Positions 9,376 to 18,722 of a stretch of 64,000 bases of DNA are shown here, one piece after another. A program made the translations under genes and the position numbers. Location: positions 7,600-71,599 of the IMG/VR virus record IMGVR_UViG_3300022752_004079, one strand, 5' to 3'. The notes beneath the pieces were generated by a model, which did not search any database, was not told the origin of the DNA, and saw only the letters and a program-made list of their open reading frames with translations. The stretch comes from a virus. Positions within the stretch are counted from its first letter, which is position 1, and the number at the start of each line of letters is the position of its first letter.

Positions 9376-11214
9376 TTATCGCAACAAAGCATCGATTCTG
9401 TTTTGTATGTCATCTCGATGTATGTTACAAATTTCTCGCAATGATGGCAAATCATTAAGTATTTGCTGCAATGTCATGAAATATGCTACTACTTCCATGG
9501 TTTGTGATGTTGGATTTTCTAGTGTTGATAAAGTTTTTGCAACAGCTGCATCAAATGAAGTTTTAAGTTTAGAAGTATTTTGAATGTTGAGGACTAATTG
9601 TGGCAAACTTAATTTTTGTAGATTCAACGGTTTTATTTGTTGTATCAAGTCTTGTAAATCCATTTCAACATCTACACTGCTATCGAAACATTGAATTTCA
9701 ACAATGCTTGCTGGCAACCCCCGAAATGATCGAATAGTTGCATTTGACTCTGTACCTCGTTTTAAAACAAGCTGCCTGACACCAGGTAAGCCTGAAAAAT
9801 CAGTAAAATCACCACCAAGAAGATTTATTGTATCAAATGAAGTTGGGCATCCTTGAAAATTCTTAACTTTTGGATTTCGCAATACCAAAGTATGACATGA
9901 TTCTGGAAAATTTTCAAAACTAGTTAAATTGGTAATTCGCAATGCATTAATTTCTTTAAATTGTATGGGACAATATGTAGGATTGTTATTTGAGATGGGT
10001 AGTCCAAAATCAACATCGAATGCAGGAGCATCAACATACAATTTATCTGCATCTAAAAAATTCAATGTGCTGCCATAAGAGTAATACGTTGCATAATTAT
10101 CTAGTATGTAATATACTTCATCCGTTGTAGTGGCTATTTGTTTGCGTTTTATTATGTTAGCAACCAATTGTTCAATGTTGTCTGTACCATATTTAGTAAG
10201 ATATCGTTTCGAATCACAATACAATGTATCAACCATTTTGAATCGTCCCGTTTTTCCGGGTTGTGCTGCATTTACAATGTTGTTAACAGCTTCTAAAAAT
10301 GTATGCGGTGGACTACCATATACACGTTCTTCTGGTTCATAAAATACATCGGTTGCATCATCGGTATTGACAAACGGTTTAATTGCAACTCGAGCAATGG
10401 GACGTGTTATGTTTAAATCATCATTTGCAACTAAATATGCAACCATGGTACCATTTTCAACATCATATTGTATGTAGTGTTTATTGATGCCCGAATATAA
10501 ATTCATGCAACTAGTCCAACCACGATTCGTACTCATTCCGGCAACATCATATGCATGTTTGGAAAACACAATGTAATATGTTTTTACTTTGTTTTCTCGA
10601 GCTCGCTGTATTTCTGGAATTGTATCATAAAGTTTTAAGATGTTATCTATTTTCTTTTTAGCTTCTTGTTTTATTTGTGCCAAAACATCATCCCATGGTC
10701 GGCTGCCGCCGGTACCAACAAGCATTCTTTTTCCTTTTGCATCAGTTTCAACATGGCGTTCTAATTTAGGAATAAACCCCTTTACATCTGTTTGTGTAAC
10801 TAGAGCCGCAATAAATTTGGACATTTTGGTGGTGCGACCATATGCATCTTTTGGTTGGCCGTATATGATTTGATCTACAGTTGGCAGTTCAAACGTATCA
10901 AAATTTTCTCGTTGAGAAAATGCATTAGCATCTACTACATATTGTTTTAAAACTGGATAAAAATTTGTGAATTGATGAGATAAACTGTCTTGGCCTGGGT
11001 TAAACACTGTTTCTTTGCTTTCAAACTTTACCGCAATTCTATCACCTCTACGCGATGATTTTGCATCTGGACGTTGTTTGATTGCATCTAATATGGCATC
11101 TAATCGTTGTGTAATTTCTGGATTTCGCTTGATGCTAACAAAGTTACGGGCCATATCTAAAGGTAATGCTTCTTTGATTAGTTGCGTCTCTAAAAGTTGT
11201 TTCAATTTAATCAT
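9376..11214 (-). CDS. Putative internal virion protein with C-terminal LRR-like repeats
   Basis: N-terminal MIKLKQLLE; MST.RGWTSCM domain; repeats SFENFP/NFQGCP/DFSGLP/SFRGLP. Confidence 0.6.
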   Translation of the reverse strand: MIKLKQLLETQLIKEALPLDMARNFVSIKRNPEITQRLDAILDAIKQRPDAKSSRRGDRIAVKFESKETVFNPGQDSLSHQFTNFYPVLKQYVVDANAFSQRENFDTFELPTVDQIIYGQPKDAYGRTTKMSKFIAALVTQTDVKGFIPKLERHVETDAKGKRMLVGTGGSRPWDDVLAQIKQEAKKKIDNILKLYDTIPEIQRARENKVKTYYIVFSKHAYDVAGMSTNRGWTSCMNLYSGINKHYIQYDVENGTMVAYLVANDDLNITRPIARVAIKPFVNTDDATDVFYEPEERVYGSPPHTFLEAVNNIVNAAQPGKTGRFKMVDTLYCDSKRYLTKYGTDNIEQLVANIIKRKQIATTTDEVYYILDNYATYYSYGSTLNFLDADKLYVDAPAFDVDFGLPISNNNPTYCPIQFKEINALRITNLTSFENFPESCHTLVLRNPKVKNFQGCPTSFDTINLLGGDFTDFSGLPGVRQLVLKRGTESNATIRSFRGLPASIVEIQCFDSSVDVEMDLQDLIQQIKPLNLQKLSLPQLVLNIQNTSKLKTSFDAAVAKTLSTLENPTSQTMEVVAYFMTLQQILNDLPSLREICNIHRDDIQNRIDALLR

Positions 11215-11963
11215 TACATTTCCTGTCGTATTCCTAATTTAGGAAGATATGTTCGCCAAGTGTTTAAAATGTTTTCTTTGTCTTGTGCAGACATGGTACC
11301 ATTATTTACCCACATAGATAAATATTCATCAACTGTTGTTTTGAATGGTTGTTTGCTTTTTTTTGCCTTAAAATACAATCCCTGAAGCATTGCTGGAATT
11401 TCTTTAGGCAACGTAAAATAACGTGCCGCAGGCAATTTACCAGCTTCAATGCGATTGCGAAGACTTTGATCTGACGGTATATATTTGCCATCAATTGTAT
11501 TCCACCCACTTTGCGTTACATGTTCAATTTCATGACGCAATGTGTCTCGCAAGTTCATTGCAATTTCACTCAACACTCTCGGATATTCTGCAGGATCAAT
11601 TTCCAATCTAACTTCAATCAGCGGTGGCTCGGCCGAGTCTCGCTTTGAATCATTGTATGCATCGCCTCCATATCGCAAATCATTTAATCCTTCAATCCAT
11701 TGTATTTTTAATTGCAAGTAAAATTCTACCGGTATGGTTGCATTTTCAACTTCTTCAAAATACACAGCCGGCTGTTGTGTATCATCTTCGATAGAAGGTA
11801 CCGTTTCAGATTTGGTATAATATATTTTCTTTCCACCAAACTCTCCTGATTCTGTTTGCGTTGCCGTGTAACTGTCTTTGATTATTGCTAAAAGTGTATT
11901 TGATAACTTTGTAACTAAAGAATCATAACGACCTTCTAAAAATAAACGCTTCATGGATATCAT
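11214..11963 (-). CDS. Putative internal virion protein with zincin-like HExxH motif
   Basis: MISMKRLFLE start; LRHEIEHVTQ; downstream YF...KEIPA. Confidence 0.6.
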   Translation of the reverse strand: MISMKRLFLEGRYDSLVTKLSNTLLAIIKDSYTATQTESGEFGGKKIYYTKSETVPSIEDDTQQPAVYFEEVENATIPVEFYLQLKIQWIEGLNDLRYGGDAYNDSKRDSAEPPLIEVRLEIDPAEYPRVLSEIAMNLRDTLRHEIEHVTQSGWNTIDGKYIPSDQSLRNRIEAGKLPAARYFTLPKEIPAMLQGLYFKAKKSKQPFKTTVDEYLSMWVNNGTMSAQDKENILNTWRTYLPKLGIRQEM

Positions 11964-11974
11964 AATAATAAATA

Positions 11975-12532
11975 TCATTCAAGCAGATTGTAATTCCAAT
12001 AACGTTCTTTGTCTTGATTAAAAGGATTACCTGTTTGTTGATAGTAACAATTTATGCAAAGCATTTGAAGATTTTCAATGCAATGATTTGAGTCATCTCC
12101 ATCACGATGGTCTAAAAGTAAAGGCACTGTATCATCGGTTATTCTGCGTTCTGCATAACCACAACTGTTGCACTGTTCTGGAAGTATTGCCAATGCTAAC
12201 AATCGATTGCGTAGCTTCCAAGTAGGGTAGTTAGGATGCTTACCCGTTAAGATATTGTCAATTGAATATATACCTTTGTTGGCTTTGCAAACATCTTTTG
12301 GAATTCCAATTCCAAATTGATTTTTGTGAAGTTCATACAATGTTTTTCCAGTGTCTCGATCCTCATACATTCGAGCATACTTTTTATAAGTAGTAAATGA
12401 TATTTTAAGGAAACGAGCTGCTTCGGCATTAGATTTTGTATTTTCCATTGCATAGCGTATTTCGCTTTCTGGAATATCCAATGCAGTTTTACCAATGCCG
12501 TAAACGTATTTGTATTGCTTTTCTTGCATCAA
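11975..12532 (-). CDS. HNH-family protein with N-terminal HTH-like region
   Basis: CNSCG...LDHRDGD.SN...ENLQMLCINC; SNAEAARFLKISFTTYKKY. Confidence 0.8.
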   Translation of the reverse strand: MMQEKQYKYVYGIGKTALDIPESEIRYAMENTKSNAEAARFLKISFTTYKKYARMYEDRDTGKTLYELHKNQFGIGIPKDVCKANKGIYSIDNILTGKHPNYPTWKLRNRLLALAILPEQCNSCGYAERRITDDTVPLLLDHRDGDDSNHCIENLQMLCINCYYQQTGNPFNQDKERYWNYNLLE

Positions 12533-12915
12533 TATACTCCATGTTTCTGCAGAATATTAACTGCATCTCGCGGAAACGTTTTGTTATCATACATTTCCGT
12601 AACTAAATCTTGCAATTTGTTAATTTTTGCATCAAAGAATGTAGGATGAACTTTGGACAATTTTCTTACTTCTGTAATCCAAAATGAATATATTGGATAC
12701 TTATCTACAAATCGATCTGCATCTGTACGATTCTCCCAATAAGTAATTTGATCTTGTAATGGCCACATATGAATTGGAACGTTTGGATCTTTTCGTATAC
12801 CTGTTTGAAACGGTTGTTGTGCTTCTCGTTTCATGTTTTTGGAAATAAATTTATCCATGATCATTGCTGATCGGTCTTTGGGGGACATTCCGGTGTGTGC
12901 TGATTTTTTACCCAT
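12529..12915 (-). CDS. Hypothetical protein
   Basis: Coupled ORF. Confidence 0.55.
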   Translation of the reverse strand: MGKKSAHTGMSPKDRSAMIMDKFISKNMKREAQQPFQTGIRKDPNVPIHMWPLQDQITYWENRTDADRFVDKYPIYSFWITEVRKLSKVHPTFFDAKINKLQDLVTEMYDNKTFPRDAVNILQKHGVY

Positions 12916-13108
12916 TTGATTGTTTTGTTTTTTCAGATAATATAACTAATTTGCGCCATGCATCTTCTGCACGGTATGCATATGTTTTAAATTTTATAAT
13001 GTCTAATTTTTTACGTGCCAATTCCATGCGCCGCATGTTGCGATGATATGTAGCATGTAGTATTGCAATGCGAAAACGAAGTATGGCGTTATGAATTTTT
13101 CTTAACAT
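12908..13108 (-). CDS. Hypothetical protein
   Basis: Coupled ORF. Confidence 0.5.
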   Translation of the reverse strand: MLRKIHNAILRFRIAILHATYHRNMRRMELARKKLDIIKFKTYAYRAEDAWRKLVILSEKTKQSNG

Positions 13109-13364
13109 GTTTTTCCAATGTTGATTTTAATTTGTTTTTCAAAAAATATTCATGAACTGATTCACAATCTTCATAACAATCAATAAATACAACACATCGC
13201 CCGGCATTGTGCACAATCAACGCACACTGATGAGCTTGCATTTCATTGTGTCCGCACGCGTCAACCAAACAATAAACAACGTGATCAAACGTATTGTGAT
13301 TGTCATTGTGCAACGTAACTTGATACTTGCCTCGTTTAGATTTCGTTGACTGCTTCTTTGACAT
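13089..13364 (-). CDS. clpS: ATP-dependent Clp protease adaptor ClpS
   Basis: YQVTLHNDNHNTFDHVV.CL...CGH...QA.QCALIVH..G.C.V. Confidence 0.85.
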   Translation of the reverse strand: MSKKQSTKSKRGKYQVTLHNDNHNTFDHVVYCLVDACGHNEMQAHQCALIVHNAGRCVVFIDCYEDCESVHEYFLKNKLKSTLEKHVKKNS

Positions 13365-13536
13365 CGCGGATAATTGCACATTGTTCATATAATTCTCGTT
13401 CTGTAGCATAATGTAATGATTCATTTAAAAATCGCAAACGTCGTTGTTTGTCCCACGTATCGGGCCATTCCCATTCACCAGTTGCCATGATGTTAATGGA
13501 ATCGATAAACAATTGTTCTATGAAATTTTGATTCAT
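13336..13536 (-). CDS. Small protein with UVR (UvrB/C coiled-coil)-like motif
   Basis: ERELYEQCAIIRD; class A motif at 13542-13570. Confidence 0.55.
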   Translation of the reverse strand: MNQNFIEQLFIDSINIMATGEWEWPDTWDKQRRLRFLNESLHYATERELYEQCAIIRDVKEAVNEI

Positions 13537-13585
13537 AACTTAATATAATTAAAAATATATAAAATTCAAAATATACAATGTATAT

Positions 13586-13631
13586 TATTTCTTACCCCAA
13601 TTCTTTGCACTTTTTTTTCTACAAGCTGCAT
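13586..13631 (-). pseudogene. Relic 3' end of a homolog of the 14552..14944 gene
   Basis: Translates AACRKKSAKNWGKK*; 33/40 nt identical to 14561-14600. Confidence 0.7.
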
Positions 13632-13652
13632 AGTTTAATTAGTTGTTTTATA

Positions 13653-14555
13653 TTACTTAATAGCATGTGTTATTCTACCTTTATAAACCTTTTTTAATTG
13701 TATGAATACATCAGCGGGTAATGTTATGTCAAACAATTCATTTACGACTGCACCTGCTTGGCCTACAAGTGATAAAATTGGACTGAGTAAGGTGGCCGCT
13801 CCAACTATAATTTTTTCAGTACTAGTCCATTTTTCAACTTTAGCACCCAACGCCAATGCAACGCCATCGGCACAATTTTGTGTCAAAACATTGTAATTTT
13901 GTATTGCTTGATTAGGACTTTTAACTGATTGTGCCAATTTATCTGCCTTGTACCCAAGTTTTAAATTTAAAGCCGGTGTTGTTTTTTTGAATTTATCATA
14001 CTCTTGATCTGTCAAATAAATATAAATTGTATGTGCATTACTTGGTTTGTCAGGAATTTTTTTACCTGTCATTGGCATATTCCAAAAGTTTTTAGTTTCT
14101 TTTCCACCAAGTATAATATCAACGTAATCCATTTGTATTGGATTTGCATTCATCTGATATTGAGGTTCTCTCAGAGACCTACATTCAATATGACCTGTGG
14201 GAAATTTTTTATCCAGTGGTGCATAATAATTTACTTGAATTGGCCATGGTGTAGCTTTACTCGTTTTTGGTTGATAGGCCAAAGCTTCTGCTTTTGCTGT
14301 CATTTGTTTTCTAACTTGTTGTGCAGTTTTACCTTTATTAGGTCCTGCTTCATATTGTTTTGTATCTGGATTAAATCCGTACCACATGGATGTGATTGGA
14401 CGTCCCCAATTGTCTTTAATTTGTTGTGCAGTTTTACCTTTATTAGGTCCTGCTTCATATTGTTTTGTATCTGGATTAAATCCGTACCACATGGATGTTT
14501 CCAGACGTCCCCAATTGTCTTTAACTTGCTCAAGCAACATTTTTAATGATATCAT
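13653..14555 (-). CDS. Putative internal virion protein with 35-aa tandem duplication and GH...YN..TQNC motif (permuted papain/NlpC-like)
   Basis: MISLKMLLE start; TGHIE...YNVLTQNCAD. Confidence 0.6.
   Translation of the reverse strand: MISLKMLLEQVKDNWGRLETSMWYGFNPDTKQYEAGPNKGKTAQQIKDNWGRPITSMWYGFNPDTKQYEAGPNKGKTAQQVRKQMTAKAEALAYQPKTSKATPWPIQVNYYAPLDKKFPTGHIECRSLREPQYQMNANPIQMDYVDIILGGKETKNFWNMPMTGKKIPDKPSNAHTIYIYLTDQEYDKFKKTTPALNLKLGYKADKLAQSVKSPNQAIQNYNVLTQNCADGVALALGAKVEKWTSTEKIIVGAATLLSPILSLVGQAGAVVNELFDITLPADVFIQLKKVYKGRITHAIK
14316..14525. repeat. Two-copy 105-bp tandem repeat, in frame
   Basis: ttgttgtgcagttttacc... starts at 14316 and 14421; copies near-identical. Confidence 0.9.
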
Positions 14556-14944
14556 GATTTATTCCCCCAATTCTTTGCACCTTTCTTTCTGCATGCCGCA
14601 AGCGCCAATGATCCGTATGCAGATGGCCAAACATCGTATCGTGCTTTTACTTTGTAGTAGCATGCATCTCGTTTTGCTGTCTTTTTTTCTTCAATTGCAC
14701 CTTCAGCTTTAGGAGTACGTTTACCCATACCAACTCGTCGCTTTTGTGCAACCAATGCTTTCTTTTCTTTTTTATCAAATGAACTCCATGTTTTAGGTGT
14801 GTCTTTTGATACTCGTCGAGAAGGTCGACACTTTTTAACTCCTTTGGTTTCGGCATTACCACAAGGTCGTCCATGTTGATCTGTCCATTTTTCTTTCACC
14901 CAACGGCGAAGATCTTCTGATAACAAATCAACTAATCGTATCAT
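14552..14944 (-). CDS. Basic putative internal virion protein (LRRW.KEKW.D and DACY.KVK.RY.VWPSAY modules)
   Basis: MIRLVDLLSE start; modules typical of large-phage basic proteins. Confidence 0.6.
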   Translation of the reverse strand: MIRLVDLLSEDLRRWVKEKWTDQHGRPCGNAETKGVKKCRPSRRVSKDTPKTWSSFDKKEKKALVAQKRRVGMGKRTPKAEGAIEEKKTAKRDACYYKVKARYDVWPSAYGSLALAACRKKGAKNWGNKS

Positions 14945-15276
14945 TATTTTCCTCGTTCTTCACGAATAATTAATTCACCTAAAACTTCTAATCGACCAAC
15001 CTCTCGTTGAAATTCAATTTGTGTCATTGAAGTGGATATGCGTTTATATGTAGCATCAAATTCTTGTTTTGCTTTATCTAAATCAAATCGACCAGCTGCG
15101 GCTCGTTTATAGTAAGGTAATTTAACTTTGAAATGATGCCAAGTAAGTAAAGCTAACCCGCCTTTCTTGTGAGCCGTATCGGCAATTTTTTCTGCACCAG
15201 CTTCTCGCGTATCAGCAAACGTTTCAAAAGTTTCTGGTTTTTCTTTTGTTTCAAAAAGTAAATTACGTAGTTTCAT
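14944..15276 (-). CDS. Putative internal virion protein
   Basis: MKLRNLLFE start; class B motif at 15281-15288. Confidence 0.6.
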   Translation of the reverse strand: MKLRNLLFETKEKPETFETFADTREAGAEKIADTAHKKGGLALLTWHHFKVKLPYYKRAAAGRFDLDKAKQEFDATYKRISTSMTQIEFQREVGRLEVLGELIIREERGK

Positions 15277-15287
15277 ATTAATAAATA

Positions 15288-15950
15288 TCACAACGTAGGA
15301 ATCAATTTGTATGATTTTCGTCCAAATATTAACATGGATCTAAAATCGGCTTGTTGAAATGCATCCAATGAATATTTTGATAACATGTTGAATCGTTTGA
15401 TAACTGATAGTGTTTCTTGCCAATTGATATGTTGAAGCACCGTTTCTACATAATCAATATCAATTAACATATCTGATACGTCTCTATAGTCCCATTCAAT
15501 ATGAACAACGGGCCGCACCTTATTTTCAAAAATATAATCAATACATAAATCTAAACCACATTTGAATTCAGCAGTTAAAATTCTTAATAGTTCAGGACGT
15601 TGAATTGCATATGTTTTTATTTGTTCTGCAGCTTCTCCCGATACTGGATATCTAAAAACAAACTGACTATGATCTAATATCAATTCTGAATTGTTGTGTT
15701 GCATAAGCCATGGTTGAATTATTGCATGAGCTCCATTTGCAGCATCTCCATCTTTATACCAGGTAGTATCATGTTCTAATACAACGTTGTTATGGCGATA
15801 ATATGCTTGTTCAATTTCGTTTAAATCAAAACCTTCATGATCAACATGACACGTATAATTTAGTAATACATGTTCTGCGACGTCATCTGGCAATGGTTTT
15901 GAAATTGTAATATCATGATAAATAGGCTTTGATACATTATAACTTAACAT
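15288..15950 (-). CDS. Hypothetical phage protein
   Basis: 220-aa coupled ORF. Confidence 0.6.
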   Translation of the reverse strand: MLSYNVSKPIYHDITISKPLPDDVAEHVLLNYTCHVDHEGFDLNEIEQAYYRHNNVVLEHDTTWYKDGDAANGAHAIIQPWLMQHNNSELILDHSQFVFRYPVSGEAAEQIKTYAIQRPELLRILTAEFKCGLDLCIDYIFENKVRPVVHIEWDYRDVSDMLIDIDYVETVLQHINWQETLSVIKRFNMLSKYSLDAFQQADFRSMLIFGRKSYKLIPTL

Positions 15951-16348
15951 TACATCATGTTTTTTATTATGTTTGCAAAATTTGTTTTTGAATTATTAAA
16001 ATCTGAATCGGCATCATCAAATAGTTTGGTTTCATATGAATTTTTTGTTTTTTTAATCAAACAAACCGTTGCATCAAACTGTTCCAGCCCATTTAACAAA
16101 TAAACGATGCCAAAATATGCATATGAATCGCAAACTTTTGCAATGAATTCTGCTTTTGAAAATATCAATTTTAATGTACCCAAATCTTCTATAGGTGCAC
16201 TAAAAACATGTTCTTTTCGTTTTAATCCTAAATATGTAAACTTAGGAGATATTTTCATTTGTTTTGAAAATTCTTTAAAAAATGGTTTAGCTAATTGTTT
16301 TGGATCAACAACATCATTTTCATTTAATATATTTTTCAATTTCATCAT
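15950..16348 (-). CDS. Putative internal virion protein
   Basis: MKLKNILNE start. Confidence 0.6.
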   Translation of the reverse strand: MMKLKNILNENDVVDPKQLAKPFFKEFSKQMKISPKFTYLGLKRKEHVFSAPIEDLGTLKLIFSKAEFIAKVCDSYAYFGIVYLLNGLEQFDATVCLIKKTKNSYETKLFDDADSDFNNSKTNFANIIKNMM

Positions 16349-16764
16349 TTTGTTAAATCTTTGTCATCTAATGCTCCCCCAGTTACCCAAGCAGTACATG
16401 ATCTAGATCCAGCACATTTAAAATGTAAAAAATTACAATATCCTAAATCTGCTTTTTCTATGGTAGCCATGGCATCAATATTTTTTTCATTACCACGTAT
16501 GCCATTTTCCATACAAACCCGCATCTTATCTGAAACATCAAATGCGGCACAATTACCACAGTGCATTGTTTTAGCAGTGGATTCATCAATTTTCCAACGC
16601 TTAGCTGCATCTTTCCAGTATTGTCCTGGTTTATCTGGGTTTGCGGGGCCGTAATAATATTCATCTATTGCACGTTGACGATTTTTAAGATTAATATGAA
16701 TATCCTGAGTTGCAATAGGGCATCCGGTTTTAGCTTCAATCAATATATGTTTAAGCTTTTGCAT
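16345..16764 (-). CDS. Cys-rich protein, HiPIP-like motif
   Basis: MQKLKHILIE start; CGNC...GYC...FKC...RSC.AW. Confidence 0.55.
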   Translation of the reverse strand: MQKLKHILIEAKTGCPIATQDIHINLKNRQRAIDEYYYGPANPDKPGQYWKDAAKRWKIDESTAKTMHCGNCAAFDVSDKMRVCMENGIRGNEKNIDAMATIEKADLGYCNFLHFKCAGSRSCTAWVTGGALDDKDLTK

Positions 16765-17240
16765 TATTTTCGATGTTTTGCTATTTCAACTGCTGCCAAT
16801 TGTTTAAGTGCCGCACGTTTAGATTTAGGATGTTTAGATAATCTTCGACCCGATTCGGTAGTAGCAAAATAACCAGATTCTGTTTTTTCAATTCGTTCTG
16901 GCATCATTTGTTTGAGTTGATTTTTAAATCCAACTGGAACAAATTGTGGTTGTGATGTATCTCCTGAAAATCCTGGTTGTGATGTGTCATCTTGCATTTC
17001 ATTCATCATGAAATCTCCAACTTCTTGGATATCATCTTTTGAAGTTGCAATGTGATCTGCAGCCCAATCATGCCCATTGTTCAATATTTCTTGTACGCGA
17101 TGTGGATCCATTTGCAACATGGCATCTACATATTTTTTGATAGTTTTCAAATTACCAAAAAACATGTAATGATTGTTGTTGTCAGCACACGAATCTTTAG
17201 CGCCGCCGCAGCCACAACCACATTCGTTAAGTCGTTTCAT
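16764..17240 (-). CDS. Putative internal virion protein
   Basis: MKRLNE|CGCGCGG start; basic C-terminal GRRLSKH...ALKQLAAVE module. Confidence 0.55.
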   Translation of the reverse strand: MKRLNECGCGCGGAKDSCADNNNHYMFFGNLKTIKKYVDAMLQMDPHRVQEILNNGHDWAADHIATSKDDIQEVGDFMMNEMQDDTSQPGFSGDTSQPQFVPVGFKNQLKQMMPERIEKTESGYFATTESGRRLSKHPKSKRAALKQLAAVEIAKHRK

Positions 17241-17241
17241 G

Positions 17242-17409
17242 TTAAGCCTTTGCAATAACAGACCATATGGTTCCGGTTAATGTAACAACGCCGCCGATAA
17301 TTTCTGTTACAGCCGTTTCGTCAATCAATCCTTTAGTTACTAGTATACCACCTACAAATGTTAAAGTGTGACGAATAATACCAAGTACTTGTTCTCGTGT
17401 TAATTTCAT
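17242..17409 (-). CDS. Small two-TM holin-like membrane protein
   Basis: IIRHTLTFVGGILV..G...IIGGVVTL.G.IWS. Confidence 0.6.
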   Translation of the reverse strand: MKLTREQVLGIIRHTLTFVGGILVTKGLIDETAVTEIIGGVVTLTGTIWSVIAKA

Positions 17410-17444
17410 TGTTTTCCTTTTTATATAAATATCATTAATATATA

Positions 17445-18722
17445 TTATGCAATTGGTATTGAAACCCAATTGGCTCCATCATATAAATAAAGTTTTCCGC
17501 CATCAAAATCTACATATATTGATCCTTTAACTGGATATGTAGGTTGATATATAGGTAATACAAAAGTTCCCCGGGCCGTCGTTTTACCCAATTCATTTAA
17601 ATCCATAACAAAATTTGAATTTGCATAAACATTTCCATCGATGGATCCGGTTGCGTATAAAGAAGATGATGCATAAATTGATCCGGAAATAGTTGTTGCA
17701 GATATAGTATTAGTACTAGGATTCATAGTAATATTTGTGGTCGATTTCAATGCTTCGGGTATTGTTGTTGCATTTGCAGAATCCACAATCACCGGATAAT
17801 ATGTTGCATTGGTGGTAACTCGAGCAACCTCTGCTTGTTGAGCCGTAGTTGTATATGAAGCCGTTCCCATTAAAGATGCTGTTACTCCAGCGGTAATATT
17901 TAATGAACCCGTAATACCCATGGACCCGGTAATTTGTGCACTACCTGTAAAGGGAAATCCCGTTCCCGTTCCACCGCCGGCGTTTAAAGCATATGATGCT
18001 GTTGTAGCAAATGATGAACTCAATGCTGTGATTGCTCTAGATGCCGTTACTGCAAATGAAGCCGTTGTGGCATATGATGAACTTACTGCTTGTAAAACAT
18101 ATGATGCTGTTGTAGCAAATGATGCCGTACCTTGCAACGAAGCCGTAACACCTGCTGTTACTTGCAATGATCCGGTGATTTGTAAATTATTTGTTGTTGC
18201 ATACGCAGATCCAGTTGCAGCAAAAATTCCTCCTCCACCGCCTGTTGCATTAAGAGCATATGATGCTGTTGTAGCAAATGAACTAGATAATGCTTGAGAC
18301 GCAAATGAAGCCGTACCTTGCAATGAACCAGTAAATGATGTTGCAACAATGCGACTTGTGGTAGAAATACCATTTTGGTTGAAGCTAGAAGAAATAACAC
18401 CGCCATAGTGTCGTATCACGGTATTAAAATTTTCATCCGCCGAATTGAATTGCATATTATCTGCAGTTAAACCAATTCCATAATTAGTGCCGTTATCGAT
18501 GTTGATGCCAGTTGTTGTAACCGCACCGCCTATATTAATAGCACCCGTAGTTGATATGGTTGATACAGTAACGGGGCCGCCCGTCAATGACCCACTAAAT
18601 GATCCTGATGCAACCACCGTTGTTGTTGTGCTAGTTCCATCCAATGCATCAATAATATTTGTTACGTGTGATGGTTGTATTGTTCCACCTCCGGTAATTC
18701 CGGTTCTACTTATTGTTGGCAT
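17445..18722 (-). CDS. Ser/Thr/Gly-rich fibre-like structural protein with TAS(Y/F)A and ITGSL repeats
   Basis: Repeated GTASFA/TTASYA/QITGS motifs; C-terminal LYLYDGANW. Confidence 0.65.
   Translation of the reverse strand: MPTISRTGITGGGTIQPSHVTNIIDALDGTSTTTTVVASGSFSGSLTGGPVTVSTISTTGAINIGGAVTTTGINIDNGTNYGIGLTADNMQFNSADENFNTVIRHYGGVISSSFNQNGISTTSRIVATSFTGSLQGTASFASQALSSSFATTASYALNATGGGGGIFAATGSAYATTNNLQITGSLQVTAGVTASLQGTASFATTASYVLQAVSSSYATTASFAVTASRAITALSSSFATTASYALNAGGGTGTGFPFTGSAQITGSMGITGSLNITAGVTASLMGTASYTTTAQQAEVARVTTNATYYPVIVDSANATTIPEALKSTTNITMNPSTNTISATTISGSIYASSSLYATGSIDGNVYANSNFVMDLNELGKTTARGTFVLPIYQPTYPVKGSIYVDFDGGKLYLYDGANWVSIPIA

Noticed and set aside
14316-14525. Direct repeat as possible CRISPR array or DGR TR/VR pair
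   Set aside because: Two adjacent in-frame 105-bp copies with no spacers, no adenine-specific divergence and no RT or cas genes.
17860-18340. Recurrent atatgatgctgttgtagcaaatga-type repeats
   Set aside because: Explained by TASYA/SSSFA peptide repeats in the fibre-like protein.
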